A program made the position numbers and the translations under genes. Under the pieces are notes generated by a model that saw only the letters and a program-made list of their open reading frames with translations, was not told the origin of the DNA and did no database searches. From NCBI RefSeq assembly GCF_000181795.1, contig NW_003526940.1, positions 380,660 to 444,659 of the forward strand: a stretch of DNA of 64,000 nt, written 5' to 3'. Below are positions 24,395-35,475 of the stretch, piece after piece (positions within the stretch are counted from its first letter, which is position 1; each line of letters begins with the position of its first letter). The DNA comes from Trichinella spiralis (lineage: Eukaryota).

Positions 24395-27168
24395 TTAATT
24401 AAACAAAGACTTGTAGTGTGTGATGGAAATATAGTTTCCACTTCTCATGCTTTCCACGCCAACTAAAACATATCTTCCGGTGAATTCATCACGTCCTTGG
24501 CAAATAAGCAATTTTTGTTTATGCTAAAAATTAGTTATTAATAAACACTCAAAATGTTATTCACTAAAATATCAACTAAATTATGAAATTTGCGATACAT
24601 CTCTTAAAATTAATACGTCTACATTTAATAATGTGATGAAATAAAAATATAATAAATCTAATTCATAATGAAATAAAAAAATTTCACCTTTGTTTCACTA
24701 TCAGAATCCTTCAAACATAGTTGTGAATCATCAACATTTCTAAAAATTCGTTTGCATGCTCCCTCAGTGTATGCAGAAAAGCCAGTTGCTCGAACTTTGA
24801 GGCTACCTAAAGATATATTCATCAAAATTGAAAAATGATATAAACAAAGATACCATTCGAAGTGACAGAAACAAGTTTACAAATTGTCTGGTCAAGAAAA
24901 TATTTTTCTATGGAAAGACATGCAGGTCTTGAGAATATAGTTAATGGAATGGCTTTTTTCAACTTCAGGATTACAATATCAGGGGCATGTTCAAATCTTT
25001 TAATAGACGATACTGTGACATTAGTGAACTTTGACGGGCCAGTTTGATAAGATACTTTAATATCTTTTGTCTTTATTCTTCTATAAAAATATAAAACTGC
25101 ATAAAATGAAAATTTAACAAATCCTAATTGTAAAGATCTTGCCTTGTGACGCAATTCGATGTCGTGTAAATACTTTTAGAACCGGATGAATGATAATTAT
25201 CCGCTAATATTCCACTACATAGTAATGGTTCTTCATCTCTTTCATGCACGTAAATGGGAATCATCCACGGTGCTGCCTCTACTGACGTCTCTATTGTTGA
25301 AGATCTTTCAGTTTCTAAACTTCTTAGCGAAGGAGTTCCACAAGTGTATTTTCCCTGAAAGTTTAATTTAGATTGTTACATTAATAAAATAATTTTATAA
25401 ACTATCATTGAACTGTATTTATCAGTACATACTAAAATTAAATGATTAGAAAATACTCATTTTTATCTAATTTTTTTTATTAATCTCCATAAATTTTATT
25501 TTAGTACCTGATAAACTAAAAGTAATCCTACTACAAACATATTATCACTAAAACTATTGAATGCATTTAAAACCTTATCCATTTTATGACGCAGTCAAAA
25601 ATGGATTCAGTTCTTCAGTCATGATTTTTAATGTCAAGAGTTTCAGCTGATGTATTAAATTTATGCTTACATTAAAAAAATATATACAAGAAGCTCCGTT
25701 ATGATTTGACAAATTAACAAAGCAAGTGCACAACCTTAAATGAAAAATACTTACAAGAGAATCAAGACCTGTTTTTTCTACACTGTACAAAGCAATATAC
25801 TTAGAACCAGGCTTAGAAGATTTTTTAATACCGTGCAGCTGCCATATGCCATCATGGTCACAAACAAATGCTTCACCAGTATTCTATGAATGTTAAAATT
25901 GTCATACAGTGATAGAAAGAGTGTCTGAGAGTAAGTGAGAGATTCTACGCTTGGATGAAATAAATAAGATAATATTTAAGAAATCTAAAACTTAGCGTGC
26001 ATTTTGTAAAACCATTTTTGATAATTATTATAGTTTTAAGAATTAAACAAACTTCATTATTTTTGGATTTTGACACTTCAACGCATAAATGCAATTCTTC
26101 ATCAAAGTCAGAAATTTCATTTTTGCAAAATGAATTTTCTACACTTTTTGCTTTCTGAATTGCTACATTTGACACTCCTTTTCCTATAATACATCAAAAA
26201 ATGAATTAAAGAAAACAGCTGACTTTGAACAATTGCTTTGTAAAAGTTTTTGGTGAAATCTGTGAGAAAATAAATGTGCTTTAAATTCAAAACAGTTTTG
26301 TATTAATCTTATTTTTAACTTTTACGATACCACATTTATAAACCAAAATATTTGCCATAATTAAAGAAATTCTACGTCAATAAACAGGGTTAATAATCAA
26401 ATCATAGTTAACAAGGGTTATATGCTGCTATTAAAAAATTAACAATTGTTAACAACTTTCTCATTGATACATTTGTCATTTACTTCGAAAGTTAAGCGCA
26501 AATTAAAATGAAATATGAGCCAAAATATTTAAAAATTTAAATAAGAGTTGAAAGAAATTTGAAGAGTTACCTGCTTCCAGGTTAGCTGATAACATGCCGC
26601 AGTTTTCATATAAACGTGTAAAGTAATAAAGACACACGGGCTTCCAAGAGTCGTCCATGGTTATTGGACTTTTCAATTTAAGAATGGATAGTTCTTTAAG
26701 ATAACTGTGCTGCTTCACAGAATGTACTTTGAGAATTTTTGCAGCTTTGCTTGTTTCTGTTTTTCTGTAAACTTTAATACTCGATGCACTTTTGCTAAAC
26801 ATAATTTTAATATTACTGCAAAAGGTTTTGATCGAGAAATTAGCTTTACCCCTCTACGCAATCTCGAGTTGTAAGAACTATCTGTACTTTAGTGGTTGCA
26901 GGACTTCCTACAATGTGACCTATGCAGGTTTTGCCACCGCTTTCAATCATTACAATCCAAGAAGCTTCATGTGGAGGTAGGGGTTTGTCTGAATTTTGAT
27001 TTAATGAATCTTCCAGCATTCTTTGGTTTTGTTGTCCACAGAGCCATCTTCCTTCTACACTTGCCTTTAATAAACAGCATTTCATTAAATTACTGTTACT
27101 GCAACATTTGAAAAAATTTATCCAACCTGTAAAATGCTGATAACGAAAATGAAATAAGGAATATACAT
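24395..27168 (-). CDS. Secreted protein with two tandem trypsin-like domains, both non-catalytic
   Basis: Signal peptide MYIPYFIFVISILQ|ASVEG. Domain 1: CG..SWIVMI..CIGHIV..LTTRDC..LSILKLKSPI..PVCL..FVC..WQLHGI. Domain 2: CG..PWMIPI..CSGIL..TTSNC..DIVILKLKKAI..PACL..LIC..YVLVGV. Stop at 24395. Confidence 0.85.
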
Positions 27169-28561
27169 ATTTTGCTTAAAATTTATTCAAAAGTGATGGA
27201 CCATGTGGAAAATCACTTTATATATCCGCGTGGGTTGAGCGTTGAAACATAAACTTGTTTATTTGGATTTGTTTACGATGGACTTGAAACAGAAATTCTA
27301 TTAGTGCATTTAATTTTCCATTGCATTTATTTGCTTACGTAGAATGTGTTAATATTGAAACAAATAAAAATAAAAACAATTGTTTATTGAATGAGTTAAA
27401 TAAATGAAATAGCATTAGGCAATAAATAAACATTTGAAAGCTTATTGTTACTACCAACCAAATATTTATTTCATGTCCATACCTTGTTCGTATATATTTT
27501 CCAAAGGTTACAGTTTATCAATTGTTGAATTCATCTTGATTTCTTTCGTTTTGTCATTCTGTGCTTCAATAAGTAGAGATGTTGTACCATTTCAGTTTCC
27601 ATTTTGCTTTCAAATCATTTTTCCCTTTATGTAAAACTTATGCACTGATGCAATGTCAATTATATATCCCAGTTCTGAAATTAAAAAATCTCATTTTTCT
27701 TTCAAGTTTTATAAATTTAAAAATTATCACATGACATAATTTGCTTGACAATAATTTGTGGTTTCAGTTTCACTTTTCCGGATGTATGATAGTATATAAT
27801 AATTATGAGTTTATGTAATGCATCATATGTTTATAATTTAAAATTTGTAAATTCAACTTTAATTGTATGGTTATCGTTACGAACAGTTACGTGATTTTAT
27901 GATACATACTTTAGCATAATTGATAAATTCTTAGTTTCTTTTTAATTATTTTTTACCATTACGCAACAGCAAAATTTTCAGAGTCATATACAAGTTACAT
28001 ATGCAACAATTATAATTTTATAAATCCAAATAACACAAGTTAATTTTATACCATTTATCTCCTATTAAACAGAAATAGAAATCATTCAACAAGTTTACTA
28101 TTTATAGAACTATTTGAAATCAAATTGGGTGTTCTGTTTTACTGCAACAGAGTGGTTTAAGACTTGAATACAAATACCTATACACGAAAGAACGTTATAA
28201 ATATGGTAAAACAACATAGTAGATGTGAAATCGAATTTTAGTCAAGTTTATTCATTCTCATTATTAGAATACAGTATAAAGAATATATACCATAAAATAC
28301 ATTGACTGTATGTATTTGTAATGATGGATGAGAATATAAACTGCTTTACTTAATCTCAACCACTGCGTTTGTTCAGTATAGTATTTATTATCGCTTATCT
28401 ACATTTGCTTAACTCTTACAATATCTCTAAGCTGCGATGTGCGTGCAATTTGTTTCTAAGATTTGATGGAATGATATTTACCACTCTCAAATGCTCAACT
28501 TATCGAATTTCTTTCAGCAACGAGAAAATCTTTAATACTTCAATGTTTAAATATTTTAATT

Positions 28562-28860
28562 CAGTGGTTCTCAAAGTGTGGGTCGCGTAAAATATTAAAG
28601 TACGGAAGTAGTCTTCATTTTTGTCAGGAGAGTTTTACTCATCAAAAATTGTTGGGTGAACAACTAAGCTATGATTCAGTTACTGATGACATGAGAATCA
28701 CTGTTTGTGTCCGGCTTCTCACAGCACGCAATGTTGTCTCTACCGGCATATCCACAAAAGCAGATGGAGAATTAATCAATCTGTTTGAAGATTCTTTGTT
28801 TAAAGTCAGTTTTGATCGTAAAACATTAACAAAGTTTTGGCTATCAGTTTAAAAATCCAA
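28562..28860 (+). mobile_element. hAT (Charlie-like) remnant: terminus plus C-terminal transposase fragment
   Basis: CAGTGGTTCTCAAAGTGTGG is a Charlie/MER5-type end. ELINLFEDSLFKVSFDRKTLTKFWLSV resembles the start of the hAT dimerisation region. Confidence 0.6.
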
Positions 28861-29275
28861 AACTGAGGCTTTATGCTCTGAGAAATCGATCGTCATTCTT
28901 AAAATGCATTGCAAAACTGATTTACATGCTTGAAATGTAATGAGAAATGAATCGTCTTTAGTTTTATTATTTAATTAAAAATTTATCTTATGCATAAAAT
29001 TGCTTTTAAGATAATTTCTTTTTCATTTTAAATGAATTACATCATAAAATTTAGAAATAGAATAAAACTTTTGCCATGTTATAAAGGAAAGTTATTTAAA
29101 AGAAAATATAAACTATCACTGGCGAATTTTGAATATCAATTTCCCGTTTAAAAAATTAGTGCATTGAACTAAACATAAACAGACTAAGTGCTTTTAGCTA
29201 TCATTTTCATAGAAACTTTCCATGCAGTTACGATGAACTTATTGAAAAAATACAGTAAATAACACAAACCACTTA

Positions 29276-29793
29276 CATATTCTTCGAATTTTATTTCATT
29301 ATAATTATTTGTCATTTAAGTCCATATTGCTAAAATCCGTAGGCATGTCAGAATTCAAACTGTTTAACAATGAATGTGTTTCCAGACCAAAAAGTGGTTC
29401 TGAGTCAGTAAAAAGATCCCGTATTGTCTGTGAACTCTCTTCTAACGAGTATGATTCAGCTTCATGAAACAGCACTTCTGATATCACTTCGTTAATTATT
29501 TTTTCATAATCAATACCATATTTCTCATCGACTTTCTCTGTCATACCTTTAGCAGAGCTAAAACATAAATCTTCAAGAAACTTTTGATAAATTATTAAAC
29601 TCGTACGTGTCATATGCAGCGATCTCAACAAGAATTTTCAAGCTTTCCCAAAACGTCTCCAATGAACCATAAGGAAATTTATCATCATCATCATCATCAA
29701 CCATATTGATTAGGTATCCCAGTAACACGTAATTCTGATATAGCAGTTGTGAAATATGATAACAACTATGGTCGAGGAATCTTCTTCAAACAT
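29276..29793 (-). pseudogene. Possible frameshifted exon of an unknown gene next to the Copia insertion
   Basis: Protein-like acidic sequence is spread over several frames (MVDDDDDDKFPYGSLETFWESL..; ORF 29305-29631), with a GTAAGT donor near 29275. Confidence 0.3.
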
Positions 29794-29995
29794 CACAAAG
29801 TAAATTATAATAAACATATAATTGAGCAAAGAAAAACCTTATGTTTAGTGCTATAAGAATAGCCTTCGTTAACCGTTCTATCACATCAGCAAAATCAACC
29901 ATTTAAAGTCTTTTTGCTGAATATTGAATACTGAGTACAGTAATTAAGATAATTAAGTTCTGTTCTATTTATTTTCATTGTTATCTGTAAGTTAT

Positions 29996-30244
29996 TGTTG
30001 AGTTTTGGTCAGTTCGATCTGTAATATTACGTAAATCAAAACAACATACGTAAGATCAGATAACCAAACAGCTAGAGAGAGTATTCAAAACCAGAACAAG
30101 GAAATTAACGCTACTGAGTTTTATTAGCACGGAAGGTATTCTCACAAAACACACTAACTCTTTGTTTCTATATATATATATCCACCACTGTAATACTGTA
30201 TATTGATTATAAGGTACCAACATGAATTGTTCATTTCATCAACA
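29996..30244 (-). repeat. Copia 3' LTR
   Basis: Direct repeat of 34215-34463, differing by roughly 9 substitutions and 4 small indels (hand count). Confidence 0.95.
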
Positions 30245-31171
30245 CTTAATCTAACAATTCATGTGCTGAGAGACAATTCCCAGCTCTCAACGCAGGTTTT
30301 GAAAACGCGTCTTCGGTAGAGCTTTCGTCAGGATCTCTGCCTTCTGGTTTTCGCTATCGATGTGCTGGATGTCGATTTTGCCCTCATTGTATTTTTCACG
30401 AACGAAGTGAAATCGCACTTCAATGTGATTTGAACGTTTGTAGAACTCTGGATTCTTGGAGAGCTTAACTGCTCCCATGTTGTCCACAAACAATATAGGC
30501 TTCTGCTTCACCTCTGTGACTTCAGCAAACAATGACATCAGCCACATCATGTCTTTTGCGCCCTCACCGGCAGCAACATATTCTGCCTCCGTTGTTGACA
30601 ATGCAACGCTCTTCTGCTTCTGACTATGCCACGACACAGCTCCTCCTGCACATGTGCATACAACGCCAGTACGTGAACGTCGAGTCGTGACGTCACCTAC
30701 GTAATCTGCATCTGAGTAGCCTTTCAGAACTCCTTCTCCATTTGCCTAGTACAGCAGACCATAATCAGCCATTCCGCGAAGGTATCTGAAAATTCTTTTG
30801 ACTGCTAGCCAAGCTTTGACAGTCGGCTTGTCCATCACTTGTGACACAGTGCTAACAGCGTAGGCAATGTCAGGCCTCGTTGCTGTCATCAGGAACATGA
30901 GAGCTCCCACGGCTTCACGATACGGAGTGCCTGGACTTAGTTGCTCTTCACCCTCTTCCACTGAAACACTAGTCGATAACTTCAGCCAGTGTCGAGACAG
31001 CATTAGCTTCGTCTAGACGGAAACGTTTCAATATATGGCGAGTATACGCTTGTTGTCCAGCAAAAATTGATCCATCGCTCAGCACTTTGATTCCCATGCC
31101 AAGAAAGGTATCCAAGGGTCCTCTCTTTATTTGGAATTCCCTTTTCATCACCAGAAGAAACTGTTCTATCT

Positions 31172-32431
31172 CAGTGTTTCCCAAACTTTTTCAAGCTATC
31201 GCCCCCTTAAGAGACATATTTTTCAAACGCCCCCCTAAAATATTGTCAAAAAATAATGAATTTCAAAAAGCTCATAAAAGCGACTTAACCATTATCTACC
31301 CAAACTTTTTTAGTGCATGTTCAAGAGCTGTAAATCCTGATGACACACACATAGGTTCTAATTAAGAAAATATTAGAGCTAGACATGTCTGACACTACTC
31401 CTTATGGAATTATGGCATGTTCCATTTAGTGAACATTGGGCGGTTCTCGACAAAAATGTTCGACACGTACAAACACTGCTTTTATTGATCAGCATTTTGC
31501 TATATAATGTACGTATGCAGGCTTCTCTGGAATGTTTCCATCACTGCAAAATTCGAACGCACCTCGCTTTTGTTTCAATAGGTCTTTGTCTGGCAACATC
31601 ACTGCGTCAGCACCCTTGCTGCGGTATGGTCGGATCGTTCCAATAGCTCTCATTTTCAATTCAGATAACATTACCAGCAGATCATAACTGTTGAAAAAGC
31701 TATCAAAATACAACGCATGTCTTGTGGTATTCGAGGTTTCTTGAATAACGTCGACCATACTTCTGATAACTCTGGTGCTCAATGGCACTTTCGGTGCGTG
31801 GATTTCCTTACGTTGATAAATAATCATATGGTATGGGTAGCCATCGTTGCCACACAGTATCCATACTTTGTAACCAAACTGAATTGGTTTGCATTTTAAA
31901 AACATTTTTGCCGCATGGCGACCAAAGTATGGTACTATTGATTCATCAACGCTGAGTTTCTCATGGAACATACCATGCTTGACAAGGCTGGAGTTGAGCA
32001 ATTTGTACAGAGGTGTTACTTTGCTCATCTTGTCACCTTCAACCACCACCAGGTGGAGATAGTTCTTTATTTCCATAAAACGATTGTGGCTCATACAACT
32101 GATGGCACCCTGTGCACCAATGTCTGGCTGCGTAGACCAGTAGTGCTTTGCTTCTGGTTGACAGTTGTAACCTGACAGCAGTATCACTCCAATGAACTGC
32201 CGTATTTCTTGGGGTGACACTGTGAATGCCCAGTTGTTGCATTCTCGGTGGGCATATAAATTCGATTGAAATGTGATGTGGTCTATCATTTCATCTGTGA
32301 ACATAAAACATTGCTTCCAAGCGCCCCCCTCTAATGTGCTCCATTATTTTCCAGCGCCCCCCCCCCAAGTGCCCCCTTCCAGCCTTCCACCGCCCCCAAG
32401 GAGGCGATATCTCCCACTTTGGGAATCACTG
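31172..32431. mobile_element. hAT-terminated insert (1260 bp) nested in the Copia pol
   Basis: TIRs CAGTGTTTCCCAAAC and GTTTGGGAATCACTG-like (CTTTGGGAATCACTG), with CGCCCCC subterminal repeats at both ends. Copia homology stops exactly at both TIRs. Confidence 0.85.
31400..32318 (-). pseudogene. piggyBac (PGBD3-like) transposase fragment
   Basis: FTDEMIDHITFQSNLYA, EIRQFIGVILLSGY, LSVDESIVPYFGRH, KPIQFGYKVW, YFDSFFNS, AIGTIR. Truncated at both ends; the third catalytic Asp region was not seen. Confidence 0.92.
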
Positions 32432-34200
32432 TCATAGAAGTACGCATGGTAACCCCTCGTGGTTGCAGGATATCCTTCACATGAGCGTTGTTCAACTCAA
32501 TCAAGTCCGCCATCACTCAAAATGCACTCTACTGTACACCCAGCCTTGCGTGCCTCATTTAGGAAGGATTCAAGGCACAACAACACATCATCCTTTCTCT
32601 TCAAAAAGAAAACGCGGCGGTAACGTGAAAAATTATCTTTAAAAACAAGGAAGTACTTCGACCCACCTAAAGAAGTCACATGCATGGGTCCGCACAAGTC
32701 AGCGTGTATCAGTTTAACTGGAGCCCTTGGCCTGTACTTACGTGAATAAAAGCTTTCACGATGATGCTTCCCATAAACACAACCAGTGCAGAACTCCTCT
32801 TGGGCATACACTTTGATACCATGGTTATTCAGCACTTGCTGCACGTGCCGTTTGTTTCGATAGCACAGCCTCTCATGCCATAATTGCAACGAAGCATCGA
32901 CAGCACTCAAATGTACGTATGCAGGCTTCTCTGGAATGCATAAGCGCATATACAGCTTATAAATCCCATTCAGACTGCGTATGCCAGAAAGCTTCACGCG
33001 GCCATTTTTACGGAAGGTACATCCATCCGCGTTTGCAGTGAAGTTGAAACCTTTTTCGGCAGCCTTTCCAATGGAGAATAAGTTTAATCCTAGTTTGGGC
33101 ACATAGTAGACATCTTCCATCCTGTTTAGTATCCATTTTCCTTTAATGTTAAACACCTTGAAGTTTACAGTGCTCCGGCCATAGGCAGGTATGGCATCGC
33201 CGTTTCCGACTTCCACATTCACAGGCTGTGCAAATGTCGCAAAGTCCGCGAAGTATTCTTTGTTACGCGTCATATGCTATGAGGCACCTGAGTCAGCTAC
33301 CCACGTTCTGCAGGTTTTTCTGATGTCCTCATCACGGTAACAAAAGAAACTCCCACCACCAAGGAACTGCCTTGACTGCTCCGCATTCGTCACTGTCGTC
33401 ATCGTACAATTTTTGGCAAAATGCCCAATCTGATCACATTTGAAGCACTTTCTTCTGTCCTTTTCGACATTTTTTCTTAGTGTGTGTTTTCACCATCAAC
33501 GCAACTGACGAGTCCGTCGTCTTTTCAGGAAGCCGCATCTCGATTAGCCGTAGGCACTCTATCAACAAATTCACAGAGCGTTCGCCAACAGGCACACTTT
33601 CCCAAACAGTTTTAAACTCAAAGTATTCTTGAGGCAGCGTTGACATAATTCTGCTCTGTTAACAGCAGATCAGGCAATTGAGTGCCAGTCAGTCTTTCCA
33701 GTTCATCATTCAAATCTGAGAAAAGCTTCTGTAACCTGGCGACATATCTTGCCATGTCTTCCGTTTGCAATTTTGCACATTTGAAGAACCCTTTCATCAG
33801 TCTATCCACACGTTGACCACTGCTCTGTTCATACATAGCGGTCAGCTTCTGCCAAATTTCCGCGGGAGATTTAGATGTGGCCGTCAGCTCAACATTGGCA
33901 TCATTCATTGAACTGACAAGAATAAGCTGGGCAAGAGTGTCTTCCTTTTCAAAAGCCTTCAGTGCCTCTTCATGCTTTTTCAAATTCTCAGCATTACTGC
34001 CAGCAGGTGGCGCCATCGGGGCTACCTTCTTACCAGTAGCAACTTCAAGAACAGCATGATGACGAAGAACAAGCTGAATTTGCCTTTTCCAGCGACTCCA
34101 GTTACTTGCACTTTCAAGTTTGTCAACTTGAAACTTGAAATCCATCATTCAGTTGTCTCAACAATTTACATTCAGATCTTCAGCGCAGATGCTACGTGGT

Positions 34201-34214
34201 CTGGGCCCATAACC
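34201..34214 (-). other. Copia primer binding site
   Basis: GGTTATGGGCCCAG directly after the 5' LTR, the Drosophila copia-type PBS for a half tRNA-iMet. Confidence 0.9.
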
Positions 34215-34463
34215 TGTTGAGTTTTGGTCAGTTCGATCTGTAATATTACGTAAATCGAGACAACAGACGTAAGATCAGATAACACAAACAGCTAGAGAGA
34301 GTATTCAAAAGCAGAACAAGGAAATTAACGCTACTGAGTTTTATTAGCACGGAAGGTATTCTCACAAAACACACTGACTAACCCTTTGTTTCTACATATA
34401 TCCACCACTGTAATATAGTATATTGATTATAAGGTACCAAATGAATTGTTTATTTCATCAACA
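34215..34463 (-). repeat. Copia 5' LTR
   Basis: TG..CA ends, adjacent to the PBS, followed by TSD GTTAT. Confidence 0.95.
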
Positions 34464-35475
34464 GTTATTAAACTGTAATAAACTGTGTTCAGTAGAATTT
34501 ATATGTTTATTTTTTTAATTTTTTAAAAATATTTGAATAAAAATTTTTAATGGAATTTCTTTTTTGACATTTAATTTTTAAATATTTTAGTTTGCTTTAG
34601 AATGTATGCAATTGGTGTTGTTTGGATTCTTAATAAACGAGTTCATTTTCATTGGTATTCAATAGATGTTTATTATGTTACAATTTTGGTCTTTTAGGCA
34701 GAGAATGAGACCTGTGACTTGTAGATTTTTGTAACTGATAACAGTTCAAACTGTTTTCTGAGTTCAAGTAGTTATCAGTTGACTGTCAATGTAGGAACTG
34801 TTATCGTCTTTTTGAGGAGCAGTCTTGGTGATCCGCTGACGGAATTAGTTTGAGCATGTGTGTGAAAGTGAAATCGCATTTTGTCACACTGAGACAGACT
34901 ATTCTCCTATTTCTCTGAATTATAGAATTACTTTGCCCAAATCACGGTTGTTGAGATGCCCTTAGATGAACCAATTCGCCTATTTTGAATAATAAATAGC
35001 ACAGCAGTTTAGCAACTTCTCATAATGAAATGAATTCTGTATGCTGTAGAGACAATGAACTTCTGGGACATATGGATTAGACATATGCATGTATATGACT
35101 TTAGTTAAATTTAGGTGCCATCTGTGAAAATAGAAAATCAGTTTTTGGATTTTAATATCAAGAATCTTGACTATTTGATTTTCGAGGTTTATAAACAGCT
35201 ACATTTTAAATTCTGTAAAAGTCTTCAATGATGCAATGTAATCAATGTGATAATATAATTCAGTATTTTTGGTAAGAATTTACTTTATTCAAGAAAGAAA
35301 TATTAATTTGAAAAGAATACTTTCATTCATTGTACTGAACAAAAATTACACGTTGAAAGAAAAAGTTATGTCTAATATAGTTTTCAACTCTATGCAAATT
35401 TGCGTCATAAAAGTGTACGCGCATTTTTCATTTTTATCACTTTTGAATAAATTATTGGAAAAGTAGTCATAACAT

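Larger units (their letters stand above)
29996..34463 (-). mobile_element. Ty1/Copia LTR retrotransposon, defective
   Basis: 249-bp TG..CA LTRs at 29996-30244 and 34215-34463, 5-bp TSD GTTAT, PBS GGTTATGGGCCCAG. Gene order is gag (34148-33434, zinc knuckle), protease (DSGAS), integrase (WHERL, HADLCGP), RT, RNase H (VALSTTEAEY). Many stops and frameshifts. Confidence 0.97.
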
